The notes: generated by a model from the sequence alone, not told the origin. A stretch of 61,431 bases of DNA, filler included, from Choristocarpus tenellus KU-1152 (GCA_964200185.2; 12 parts of 12 records of this genome joined end to end with filler, not necessarily neighbours in it), one strand, 5' to 3'. Positions 1 to 12,627 are shown, counted from the whole stretch's first letter. Numbers and translations are program-made.

Positions 1-506
1 CCCCCCCCCTTCCCCCCCCCCCCCCAATGTAGTTGTGGGTGTGCTCCATGTGGCCATGGCCATGTCCATGTGCAGGCTGATGTGTGTGCCATTCCCTAAC
101 CCTATCTTTAGAAAGCGGTGCGAAGTGGACACCCAGGTCGGACTTATCCTCACGCAAGGAACGCTTCTCCCTTGAAACAAGTTGATGTATATGATGTATT
201 GTGGGGGGAGGGGGGTGGGGAGAGTAGTAGATTGGAAGATGTTGAGGAGGACATGACAATCAAGGATATGGGAAGGCGTATAGGGGAAAAACAGTATGGC
301 AAATAATGGTTGCAGGTCAATGGAGTTGCTGCATTCCTGCTTGAGATACCTTGCTAATGAGACCTGGTCCTGACCCCTTCAAAACGCTACACCTCTTCCT
401 CTCCCTGCCCGCCCCACTACCCCTTCTCCCCACCCAACTCCAGCAGGTATTTCTGAGCATTCATTCACCTGTGGGTCAAAGGTGCAGCAGGTGTCTCCCC
501 AAGTAC

Positions 507-3500
507 CTCAAAGTTCCTCGTCCATGCCAACATCCATCCATTGGTAAAAATGATATTACTGCAAAGAATCTCTCCACTGCGAGGGTCAATAGTAGACGGT
601 CCAATTGCAAACACCTCACCAGTGTCCACCGCCCATGTGATGGAGTTGTACCTAGATTAGGGCAGGCAGGAGGGGTATGGGGGGCAATTACAGTAGACAT
701 GGACACAAAAATACAAAAAGAAATTAAGAGAGAGCTCAGAGTTGGTAACGTGATACCTCACCAGCCGCATTTGTGGACATTAATATATATATGTGTGTGT
801 GTGTGTGTGTATTATTATGTGTGTATGTATGTATATATATATGCATGTATGTATTATGTTATGTGTGTGGGACAGCAGTAAGGTAGTAAATGTAACTGAA
901 GGCAACATGAAACACAAGTCGGGATTACTGTTGGGATCACTCTTGGGGACAGAGAGAGAGAGTGTTGAAAAGTTGAAAGAGGGTTGCATCAACACCTTAG
1001 CGAGAGATGTTGACCAATGACATTTCTGGTACATTTCTGGTACATTTCTGGTACATTTCCGGTACAACCCCAGAGGTTCAAGCAAGAGAGCAAATGCACA
1101 CATACACACACACATACATAAACAGACATAAACATAAACAGACATAAACATAAACAGACATAAAAACAAACATAAACTACATAAATAAAATAAAATAAAA
1201 TAGTGTACCGAATGTCAGCAGCATCATAATCCTCTGGCCAATCCTCGTCCCCTGGCAGCACAGCTCTGATGGCCTCTGGACCGTGGCCTGCAGCCTCAAA
1301 AGCAATTTGCCAATTCTCCACACCCACTTTGATGGTCGCCCTCCATTTCTCTGGTACTGTAGGATCCACATAGTATGTCAATGGCCCCGTACCCCCCAAC
1401 CTGTCTATCGCTGGTAAGCGTTGTTTGTTGATAATTGTGACCTGGATCACCACCATTGTGAGAATAGAGTAATTGGGGGGGAAACATTGGCATCAGGAGG
1501 GATGTTGGTGCATCTAGCTTAACAGATAGTGTGCTTTTCTAGAAGCAAGGTATGAAAATGCCCTTGTCCTTGTATATTGATAGCATTCCATCAAGTAATC
1601 ATGATTAACGGTATGAATATAACTAATATGTACTCATCGCCATCTTGGTTGCCCTGTGGAGTAGTACATCACTAGAGTTGGAAAATGGAGGCAGTGTAAT
1701 CAATAAAACAAAGACACTCAAACTACAACAGTCACATAGTGTATTCCCACCCGGCATCATTCATTGCATACCGTCACAGGATCAATGCCTGTGACATGCA
1801 AGGAGAGCAAACAAGTGACATGGGCAGTCACAAAAGGGGTAGCAAAGGGGAAGAGAGGTGGAGGCGGAAGGGCTTGCCTGGGGATCCAGTAGGTCAGACC
1901 CTCTCTGCGATTGATCGAGGTCCCTGTGGTCACCCAAATCATAGAAGCTAGTTGTGAAGAAGCCCACCCGCTGATCCCAAACCCGAGGGATCATGGGATC
2001 AGCTGGCAGCAGTGAAATGGAGAAGCGCAAGCTCAGGGGCACAGTGGTCAACTCTGAAAGTGGGGTGGAGATACACAAAGTCAGGGTTGGGAGAGACAGA
2101 GAGTGATCAGAATGGGGAAGATGAGGATTGAAGTTCATGGGGGGGGGGGGGGCAAATGGTCCAATAGGTGACAAAGGTTTGTGCAAGGAAGATTGTCATT
2201 ACTACCCTCACTTGTCTTGCTGAAATGTCACAACACAATAGACACCTCCACAGCGCATAGGATGAATCACCAACATAGCCACCGCCTGCAAGGTCTCCAA
2301 TAAAACTACGTAGGATATAATCCAGAGGGTTGACACAGGACATAGCAAGGTGATTATGACTCACAAACACAACTGGAAGGTGCAAAAAAGTGGGGCGTGA
2401 TGAGGGGGTTGGGGGGGAAGGAGGGGTTAGGTTCAAAAGAATATGTTCTCCCACCTGGAGTGGCAGGCTTGGTTTGGTACTCAATAGTAATGTCTGCATT
2501 GAGAGGGAAGGACCGAGTATCACTGAGCTTCACTCTAGCCCCCTGCAGGAGAGGCTCCCTCATTCCAGTTATAAAGAATCCATTCAGGAACAGGGTCCTG
2601 CACAAAAATTTGAACAAAAAGGATACAACAAAGAGCACAAGGGTTAGTAGGCGGGAGGGATGAAGGTTAAATATAATAATAAATAATATAGACAGCACTC
2701 TCACTAGGTAGAGGTCCAAGAAACTCAAGAATATATATACACACTAGGTAGAGGTACAAGAAACACACTGCGGGGGAGCAAGGCCATGTGCACTTGTAGG
2801 GGTATTTTTATAATGGTATGGGTAAGTAAGGCTGCATGGAGACATGGAGGGGGGCAAGGACAGGCCATAGAGGTGATACCGACAAGGCAAGGGCACCACC
2901 GTAAGCTCCACCCACAGTATTAATCTTGGTTGCAACAATAACCCTAACCTTGAGGGGACCCTGATCGATTTGTATAGGCATTCAGTCTCATGGCAGATAC
3001 ATCAAACAGGGTAGTCACAATCAAAACTTTGAGAAAGAGTGACAACGAAGTAGGAGAAGAATGGAATAAACTTGTGCTGGAAGGTAGGGATCACTCACGA
3101 GGCTGACACCACAAAGGACGGCTCTTCACCTCCCTTGCCCTGGCGAGCACCAACAACAGGGAGGGTGGCAATCCACTCTGGGGGTGCTCCTTGGTTCAAT
3201 GCCTCCTCCATCCCCTCATAAGTTGTGCGTAACTGTGAGATCAGACCATGAGGACACAAAAGACATTACAATAGATGCAGAAAGTTAGGAAGAGGGGAGT
3301 GCTTCACCCAACAGAACCAATCAGAGGGGAAGGAAGTAGTGCGAGCATACTCGGCATGATAATAATGCTATGTAGTGCCCCTCCAACATTGATTTTCTGT
3401 GAACTTATTCTTTGGGCCACTATTTGCAGGGAACAAGGATGGGGGGGGGGAGTATGACTGGCGCTTGTCTACAACATATCAGCACAAGTAGAACCAAATA

Positions 3501-4606
3501 AACCTCTGGTCAGGTCCATGCAAGAGATGCTACACCTGCAAAAGTGCAGGTAAGAGAACAACTGTAACTATGAGATAACTTCATCTCCGTGCCAAGAAGC
3601 TGTCTGTCTCAGATACATGAGTTGCTGACTGTGCACTATGCTCAAGATCACTCACATATTTCAGCAGTAAATTCACTCTCCACAGGTGTGACAAGGTGCT
3701 TCGCAGTGTAATGTATACTAATACTATGTATACTAATACTATGTATACTAATACTATGTATACTAATACTATGCATACCAATACTATGCATACCAATACT
3801 ATGCATACTAATACTATGCATACTAATACTGCTTGTACTAATATTGCAGCTATTTTGACAAAAGCATACCATACTATCAATTATAGCAAAACAAGCTGCT
3901 TTGCCACAGTGCAACCATTGTACTTCTCAGCCCTGACAGCTCTTACCATAACAAAAAGTGTAGGACATCTAAGTTAGGAAACATTCACCAAAAACATCAG
4001 CTGCAACTCCATCTCAAAAATAAGGATGTAAATAAGAATGTAAATTAGCAGCAAAAAATATATATATATATGTAGGACACACCGTGAGCTGCTGACGGAG
4101 GAGGTCTATACCCTTCATGTCCTCTGCCATCCGGAACTGGAACACAGTTCTGTCTGTATTCTCAGCAGGGTAGTGATTCAAAGCCAGCTGCCTGTACAAA
4201 ATACCACAGGGTGCCACAGAGAAATGCATGCCAGTGTGATTCACCAAGAATCCAAATCACTGTGTTATGTGGTGGTCTTTGGGGACAGTCAACCAAACAG
4301 TATAATAATCATGGTACTATCACTGCTGGGTGTCAAGGATAGCCAAAGTTAGGTTCAGAAGTACCCAAAATATATATTTCCTGAGAAGCGGCTATTAAAG
4401 TAGGGGGCAACTCACCCAAGGAACGGTATTGTATCTAAAGAGTATTGCTAACCAGGGAAGAGGGAAGCAGGGGGTGCAGCTAGTGTATCTCACCTGTTTT
4501 CATCAAATGTACCACTTGCAGCAATGGCAGAGAACAAAACCAGAACAGGGTCCACCCCCATCACTGTTGATGTTGGAAACTCTAGAAGGAGAAGTTCTGA
4601 TGTCAC
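507..4606 (-). CDS. Intron-containing zinc-dependent metalloprotease, DUF5117/DUF4953 (EcxA-like Met-zincin) family; partial, both ends missing
   Basis: Seven phase-consistent exons: 4606-4494, 4191-4083, 3232-3099, 2597-2455, 2053-1878, 1441-1209, 651-507. The spliced peptide contains RSFPLNADITIEY, LLPADPMIPRVWDQRVGFFTTSF, PLTYYVDPTVPEKWRATIKVGVENWQIAFEAAG and DIRYNSITW...AIGPSTIDPRSGEIL, which I recognise as hallmarks of this family. The HExxH motif is not reached in the window. Confidence 0.88.
1021..1065. repeat. 11-bp tandem repeat (CATTTCTGGTA)x4, intronic
   Basis: Seen directly. Confidence 0.9.
3711..3845. repeat. 15-bp minisatellite (ATACTAATACTATGY)n, intronic
   Basis: About 8 near-identical units; explains the spurious repetitive ORFs at 3581-3977. 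Confidence 0.95.
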
Positions 4607-4807
4607 CTGACTGTCTCAATGATGCAGAGAGTTACAGGGTGGGATGAAGGGGATTTTGAGCAGGGGTCAAAACTTAGAGGGTGTGAGGGGGAGCTATCAT
4701 TGCTACAGAAAAAAAACTGCTACGAGGAGGGTGTTGTGATACGGATCATCCACATCATTGTGGCATGTCGTGGTAACTGCTACCCTTAGGAAGGTTAGCA
4801 TGTGAAA

Positions 4808-4933
4808 CAAATACTACTACACTAAGAAATACTACCACACTAAGAAGTACTACTACACTAAGAAATACTACCACACTAAGAAATACTACTACACTAAGAA
4901 ATACTACTACACTAAGAAATACTACTACACTAA
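4808..4933. repeat. 18-bp minisatellite (AAGAAATACTACTACACT)n
   Basis: About 7 units seen directly. Confidence 0.95.
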
Positions 4934-7059
4934 GCGAAAAAAAACACCACAGACAAGGAAGAGTGGAAAGACAACTACATCAACGGCAAGGAAGAGCACT
5001 CAGGTCACCTCCTTCCACACAATGGTATCGTGTCATCACCTCAATCCCAGCACCAACCTATGTGATACCAGCACCCTTATAACATATACATGGACCTACT
5101 GATGCTGTTCACTAGCAGTTGAAATGCAATTGGATCAACCAACGCTTAACACACACGACTCCAAGCAGAGGATCAAACAATTTTGAATGAAAAATTATAG
5201 CACTGTTGCGGATTAGCATTCGATTCATGAGGATAGATGCCAAAGATTGGAACAAGATATGGTGAGTTGAGAAGGGCAAAGCACCAAGGTTCCCCAATGT
5301 TCCAATTGCTAGCTAGCATAGCATGAAGAAGCTCCAACCCCTGCAACTTATGCCTCACATAGCTACCTCCAAAGTGACCTCCACGCCGTTATTCACACGA
5401 CAAAGCAGGCAAACTGAAATATATAATACCTAGTCAATATGCTGAAGGCGTCCGTTTTATACTCTGAAAGGCTTGGCTCCAGCGCTTCGAAGTTGAAGGA
5501 GGTGACTGCCTCAGAAATCTTGATGTGTCGAACACCCCTGCTCATTTAGTGAATGGACATTATATGCCGTTGCATTATCCATTGAAGATGGTTTGTTGCA
5601 GTCATCAGGATTGATAGAATGGTGAATGAACAGCATGAGTGTGAAGGACGAGCCAAAGGCTGCTGAATGGTGCTGAATCACTGCGACCACAAAAAAAAAA
5701 TGCTTACCACGGTTGCAACTAAGGGCACGTTTAATAGTTACAAAGCACACATACTCTGCTCACTCTCACTCCTTCCCTCCTCCATATTCGAGGCTACAAA
5801 TCAAAAGAGGGACACTAGTTGTACAACATCACAGTGCAAACTTGACCCACAATGAATAGCACAGCAGTGGCACTCGCCCATTGTGAGGAATGTGGACCTA
5901 AAGATAACAATCGTGGCTCTAAGGACCCTCAATTCCATCCCTCCCTCGTCCCCTCGCCTCTCACCCCCACGCTCGACTACCAGGAATTTTCCTCACCTAT
6001 CGATGCTACCCAGACCAATAAGCAGACTCAACCCAAACAAGAGGAACATGATTGTCACACCATGACGTCTAAGCCAGCGTTTGGTGGTCAGCCATACCCC
6101 TGTACCAGTGCCCCTCACCGATGGAGAAACCGGCCGCGTCGTCAACAGCTCGTTTTCATCCTCCGATCCCTTGTGCGCTGAACAAGGGCAAACACATATT
6201 GCAAATGTTGTATACCTAGTTTAGCAGCATTCGCACACACCACGCCAACCATCTGCATGCAACATCAATCATAATCAAACAAACTACACCAAAAGCGGTC
6301 AAATACTACTTCGCATGGTGAAGTCAAAACCATTATACTTTTGACCAATATTGCCTTAGCGTGCTTTGTATCTCGTTGCCTACTCCCACTTACTGTTCAT
6401 CGCCGTGTGACGATGTACGCAACCTTGCAGAGGACGACGAGGATCAGTCCGCACGGCCCACCCCCGGCTAGCGGTATGATCCACCCTGCTATATTTATTG
6501 TATCGTGTCTTCCCACTTTTGATTCTCCTTTGTGCATGCGAGTTACTCGATCTCTCTCCTCTTTTCCGAGTTCAGTGCTACATCGAGTTTGAAAAAGTTG
6601 AAAAGGAGAGAAAGACTCACAAGAAACATTTTCAACTTGTTAATGATAAGGACAATGTATTCAAAATATGTTATCATGAAATGGGTTTGTAGCGTTAGGT
6701 CTCCAATTATATACAAGTTTGATATGTGGTATGAGATCGATTCCCTATAAGATATAGAGGTAGTTTTTCGCGGAGATCTGTTTTCCATTAAATTGTATTC
6801 CATGTGCAACCTCACTAAATGTACCCTTGTGCCATTTTATAATAGTAGCCTGTTAGTAAGTAGTAGCCTGTGTATGCTAATGCCACCGAAATGCCAGACC
6901 CCCCCCACCAGAAACAACAGGGCAGGAACAGAGAGGCAGTACAGAAGGTAGGTAGGTAGTAAAGAGGTAGTACAGAGTCGAAGTATGGGCAGTGTAGTAT
7001 GTTACAGGCGAATAGAGCGAGTATTTCTTCTTATATTTCAACGAAGTGCAAACGTTTGT

Positions 7060-7159
7060 NNNNNNNNNNNNNNNNNNNNNNNNNNNNNNNNNNNNNNNNN
7101 NNNTTAATTAATTAANNNNNNNNNNNNNNNNNNNNNNNNNNNNNNNNNNNNNNNNNNNN
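7060..7159. other. Artificial contig linker N-TTAATTAATTAA-N; others at about 10531, 13151, 16261, 22169, 26328, 31302, 38222, 42727, 45447 and 55805
   Basis: Identical 100-nt spacer with a six-frame stop cassette. Confidence 0.99.
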
Positions 7160-9390
7160 TTCCAATAGGAAATAAGGCCCAAAACCCCCCTGATGAGAGT
7201 GTGTATATGTCCCCCCCCCCCCCCCCCCCCCCTTAATATTACACTATTGGGGTGTTTGTGATGGTACCACACCTCCTGCAGGTGCCAAAGGTGTGTGAGG
7301 TAATGGCTGGGGAGTTCCATGACCATCAGGCGCAGAAGAAGAGTTTGGGGGCGGGGGGGGAGGGAAGAAGGCTTCTCGCCTCTGATGGAGTCATGGGGAG
7401 AGGTGGCAAAGACTGGAGGGTTGAGGGGGTGGAAGGGAGGGGGAAGGAGGAAGATATTAGTTCGACAGGTGGTGTAAAAGCTGTGGGGGATAGAGGAGAG
7501 GAGGGAGTAGGTCTGAGGGCACCAGCTGAGGCTGGGAATATTAATATGGGAGGAGAGGGGGCAGGGGGTGCGAGGGGGAGGGCAAGGGCAGACATTTTGA
7601 AGCCTCTGAGTCCCTTTCACCGGATGCTTGTGCGTGTATCCCCCTGATTGTTTGGTGGAAAGGACGTTTCTGTCGAGGCGACTTTGTTTCATTGTTGATG
7701 GTCATAAAGGTCCTGGTGTTTTGTTTATGTGGTTTCTTCCCTTGTGGGTTTTGGTTAGAAGGGCTTAATTCACCGAGAGGCTTTTTTTTTTTTGTGGAGG
7801 TTAGGGTTAGGGTTAGAAGTGATTCAAGGTGCTCATAGTGTAACCGTGTTGATCAAGGCAGAGAGAGGAGTGAAGGTTGTATGTAGGCGTTTTTAGGGCA
7901 CGTGCAATCCAGTTTACCGGGTTATAAGCTTGGCTATTGGTGGTTGGTGGGTTATGGGTCCACCGTGCCCGATTGACAGCAACCTTGGCATTTAAGAATC
8001 CAGCAGCCCAAGTCAGTTTTGTCGTGGATCATGTTGTTTGTGTTGTTGGATACATAGAGATGCGATGATTTATGCATACTCACTGATGGAGAGCGTGAGG
8101 GTAGTTACAGTTACATGGCATTCGGACAGTGCAGCGTGAGTGTTGCATTGAATGCTGAGATTGAAAGAGGGCTCAGGGAGGAACTGGCTCTTATGGTTGG
8201 AGAGCATGCGTATCGCTCAAAACCTGGTGTCATTTTGTACCCCCTGATGACTGGGTTTCTGGCTCTTTGTGGGGGCGCTTGTGCTCTGGTAGCTGCCACC
8301 ACCGCGACGGCTCTCACCTCCTGTGGTGTCTTTTTTTTTTAATTTTGTGAGTTGACGAGAGGAAGGAAGGGGCATAAGTGATTCGTATCTGCCGAGTTAG
8401 ATGGTATCAGTTGGGATTTGGAGTATCTGCTGTTGTTGGCTTTACGTGTAGTGTATGTAATGTAGTGTGAGCGATGAGTTATGTGTGTGTGCATTTGTAT
8501 ATTTGTTGGTTTTTGTCAGGTTTTACAGCACCAATGGCTGTGGGCACTGCTTGCATTTTGTTCTGTTTTCGATCTCGATGAGCAGAGCAGGTTCAGGGTC
8601 TATCCGCACTTGTTGTTGTACGGGATTAGTAGTAGTTCATAGAGGAGCACAAAATGGAGGTACAGCTGAAGATGTTGAAGGGCATGGACGTGAAGGGGAG
8701 GAAGAAATAATGGCATCCCTCTGTCTCAAAACATAACTACTTCTGAGGATTCATGATTGTTCTGTTGTATCAGTTAACCTGTTAGGTCCACGGGCATGTA
8801 ACTGTCAACTTGTTTGTTAGAAGGGCACCATGCCTGTTGTGATTGTGGGTACTAGTGACGGAGTGTTCACCACTTAAAACGCATCTTTGCAGTCATTGAC
8901 TTTGCTAGGAGTATATTACTGTTGGGAGGTGGGTTGTTGAGTTTTTTTTTTTAACGGACCGTCTCTTACATCCTCTCTCGAATATCCACCCTCCTTGCCT
9001 CCCTTGCTTGGCTCGAAAATGCAAGTACATAGAACCCATTAATATGCTATAGAACTGATTGGCAACAGAGGTTGCCATACGGAATTTGTTTTCAGCTTTT
9101 TGTTGTTTGACTCACTTATTGAGGGGTGCCTAATGTGTATGTACTACTCTGAGCAGCTACCACTCACAAATCGAAAATGCCCTTACAATATCGAACATGG
9201 ATTCCATACACCCTAGACACAATAGTAATGATGATGATAGTAATGGTGTGTAGTGCATCAATCCGTTGCTTTGCTTGAAGACAAGGTGTGAAACAGTTGG
9301 ACGGTGGGTTAGTTGAATGTGTGAACAACTCCTTACAGGTAATACTGGTTGTGGAAGTAGTTGATGATAAGGAATACAATTTAATCTATA

Positions 9391-9452
9391 TTTTTATTAT
9401 GCCCTCTGACATTTTGCAGATGTGTCAGGGGGGAAACCAATGAAAACTATAT
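9391..9452 (-). mobile_element. 3' end of stem-loop/(TAA)n short retroposon-like repeat (family S)
   Basis: Reverse complement of AGTTTTCATTGGTTTCCCCCCTGACACATCTGCAAAATGTCAGAGGGCATAATAA; matches copies at about 10415, 26533, 26826, 51421 and 58797. Confidence 0.75.
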
Positions 9453-10410
9453 ATATACATGTGTATATAAAATGTCCTAAACATAAGAATACTATATAAG
9501 ACAATGCGTGGAAATTATTCTATCAAACCCTTCAGTCGAGAGAACCAGATTAACTCATCAACTGAGACAGCATGGATACATCCTTCCGAGTATACACAAT
9601 ATTATGTTACAGGCATGGAACATGATATGTTGCAGAAAAGGTTTTGTTTGGAAACCGTCATAGTTGCTGTGTACGTGTGATACTAACAGACATATATACT
9701 CACTACCTTTCCCTAGTACAAAACGGTATCTAGTGGTCTCGTCCACTCCAAAAAAGTGTTTTCTACGAGATATGTAAGGTCTCATCCCTCATTCCGCTTC
9801 TCAAAGATGTTTGAGGGTGGTATAACTTACATACTTGAAGTATGGGTTATCTCAAACTCGTCATACTGTTCCCGTTCCCTTCTACCGGTAACAGGGAAGT
9901 AAATACCGAAGTGTTGGAGTGAGAGAACATTATCACCAAGTGTTCTGGTTGAAATTTTGATGGTGCGAAGTATCGACAGTATTATTGCGCGTCAGCAGTA
10001 TTCCCTTATTTTGCGTTTAAAATTTACAATAGTGCCATCGTATTGATCCGTCAACCCCCTCAATATGTCTATTGTTGGCAGAAATCTTCCATTTGTTCTT
10101 GAAAGTAATGTGCTGCCGATATTTCAGCTATTTTTACTTCCCTGACCTGTAGTATCGTATTGTCATATTCCCAATCAGCCAGCCAGCTAGCAATTTTTTG
10201 GGGGGTTTCTATAGTCACGTGTGTAGAAAGCGATCTTACCCTCAAATACAATCCTTGCGTAATCTAAAATTCTCTGTTTCCTTCTGGAAAGATGTTATTA
10301 GCATCGTTAGATGTGAAGCAGTGGATAATATCTCTTCTATTGCCATATACCGCCCCTCTGGTTCTCTCTCTGCTTAGTTTTTTTAAGAGATTGGAAAAAA
10401 GAGACCGTAC

Positions 10411-10530
10411 TTTTTTATTATTGTGCCCTCTGACATTTTGAAGATGTGTCAGGGGGGAAACCAATGAAAACTGTATGTATACAGTTGAAGTAACTGATTA
10501 GTGGTTTCCACACTTACAATGTTTTATAGT
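10411..10530 (-). mobile_element. Family S 3' end (minus strand) fused to an internal family S fragment in the opposite orientation
   Basis: 10415-10472 is the 3' end on the minus strand; 10485-10530 (TGAAGTAACTGATTAGTGGTTT...GTTTTATAGT) matches the plus-strand internal part at 26715-26775. Confidence 0.7.
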
Positions 10531-10743
10531 NNNNNNNNNNNNNNNNNNNNNNNNNNNNNNNNNNNNNNNNNNNNTTAATTAATTAANNNNNNNNNNNNNN
10601 NNNNNNNNNNNNNNNNNNNNNNNNNNNNNNTCCTGACAGTGGGGGGAGACATGCAACATGGTGACTCACCCAACATTGTACATCCAGTGCCCTCCTTAGG
10701 TTTAGTGTTAGGGTTACAGGACAATGACAAAGCACCCACTCAC

Positions 10744-10895
10744 CTTTCCACATGGCAAAGGTAGGCTGCGAGGTGGCCACCTCAAACATCGTTCGAAACC
10801 ATGTGCTCCCTGCCCTTGGAATAGAGGGCATGTGGACTCGGCAGTAGCCTAACTCCTTCACCCTACGGTCTGCCTCTTGAGAGCCATGCTCAAAT
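10744..10895 (-). CDS. Exon of a putative sulfotransferase (PAPS-binding 5'-PSB loop, WSCD-like)
   Basis: AG/GT-bounded exon encoding FEHGSQEADRRVKELGYCRVHMPSIPRAGSTWFRTMFEVATSQPTFAMWK. It fits the sulfotransferase pattern S-x-P-R/G-x-G-S/N-T-W-x-R-x-x-x-E-x-A-T. Confidence 0.65.
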
Positions 10896-10901
10896 CTGTA
10901 C

Positions 10902-12627
10902 TAGGGTTAGGGTTTCACATGGGAAAGATACAGACTAACCACTTGAGAGCCATGCTCAAATCTGTACTAGGGTTAGGGTCTTCACAGACAACATCAACTG
11001 AGACATAAATACAAGAAAACTAGAATAATGTGGAAGAGGTTGTCAATCAAACACAATTGTGAGTTCAAATCAACTAACTCACCCTGACCCTAACCCTAAC
11101 CCTAACTCAAATCGAGTCAGAAAAAAAAAAATGCGCACACATCACACATAATGTGACTTGAGGTGCCCCAAGAGCAAGCACTTCAATGAGGGGTCAGAAT
11201 GGATTCTATTGTAACAAGCACAGTGCGTATACGTATACACTCAACTCCAAAACTGTCCAATCACACAGTTTCCACTACAGTCTCAGAATAAATGACTAAA
11301 TGGTATTGATATGCTACAACCCTAACCCTAACCCAAAAAAGTAGACAAGGGGATTAGAACGACCCTTTGTTTCCATGTCTTTTCAATGTCTCAACTTCAG
11401 TCCACACCCTGTGTTATATAGGTACATAGGTAAATAGGTGGGAAGAGGGGGCGGGGTGCTCCACCCACACATTCTGACAGGCAAGCTCTGCCATGGGTGT
11501 GGGGAAGCAGTGTGTGTGCACTACCAGATGCAGATAGGTTACGCTGCATCCTACTGCATCAACCATATTAAACTCATCAGAGCAAACTTGACCCTAACCC
11601 TAACCCTAATACTAACTCTAACCCTAACCCTAAAACATGATCACAATAGGCACAAAGAACTCTTTTACTCAATGAACACATGTATATGCAGTCACAGCTC
11701 AAGTTTTCCTAGCCCTAACCCTAACCCAAAGTACACATCTACCATTGACAGTACGAATAATTCTCCATTATACATTTAAAAGAAGAGCAGGATGTTCAAC
11801 CCTAACCCTAATATTACATGGTTAGTGAACTTAGTCAAATCCAATGTACAAGAAAAAATGTGAAACTAGATATTCCATGCCCACTCTGTTATCCCTTGTA
11901 CCGTGTGAGACTACATCTATACCATGCGCAAATACAGTCAGTGAAATCTTATTTGTGAGGCCCTTCCCATCTGACTCTAAAGCTATAGCCTAACCATCCT
12001 GCCATGCCTGGAGATACCAGACCCCAACCCTAACCCTAACCCTAACCCAAGCATTGCTATATAGGGCTAGGGTTAGGAATAGGGTTTCGGCTTAGTTGAT
12101 GATACAGGATGACCAGACTTCCAAGTCCGCCAAAACCGGAAAATTCTGCATTTAGTCAGAAGACTTCGAAAAATCATGTTCTATTTTAAACCCTGGTATA
12201 TAGAGACATGGATATTGAACTCCCACCCAAGATGCGTCTACATCCATGGGTTTCATGCACACATATATGAAGGCGTTACTAGCAGGCAAGGCCCTCTACC
12301 ATAAACCAACCTGTGGTAGCCAGCTCAGCGAAATAACAAACTTCTGACATCTTCCAGAATGTAGGATTTAGAACTAGCAACACTTCACAATTCTGAATAA
12401 GATCAATCTGAATGTACAGTAAAACAATTTAGTAGTCAATAAGAAAGAACTAATTCATTTCGTAGAGATCAACAATACAATACCGCTAACCCTAATTACA
12501 CTGAAGCACAGCATGTTCACATGCCACACACACCATTAACGTTTAGACTTGGCATCAGTCTGCAAAGCATAAAGCTATGTATTCCACAGCAAATGTCCGT
12601 TAACCTGAAGTTAGGGATAGGGTTAGA
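10902..12627. repeat. Cluster of interstitial telomeric (CCCTAA/TTAGGG)n tracts
   Basis: Tracts at about 10902, 10968, 11081, 11318, 11591, 11711, 11798, 12021, 12063, 12487 and 12610. Confidence 0.9.

Noticed and set aside
3581-3977. Repetitive ORFs (VCIVL, MYTNT)
   Set aside because: 15-bp minisatellite inside an intron
7104-7115. Palindromic TTAATTAATTAA recurring 11 times
   Set aside because: Artificial linker embedded in N runs, not biological
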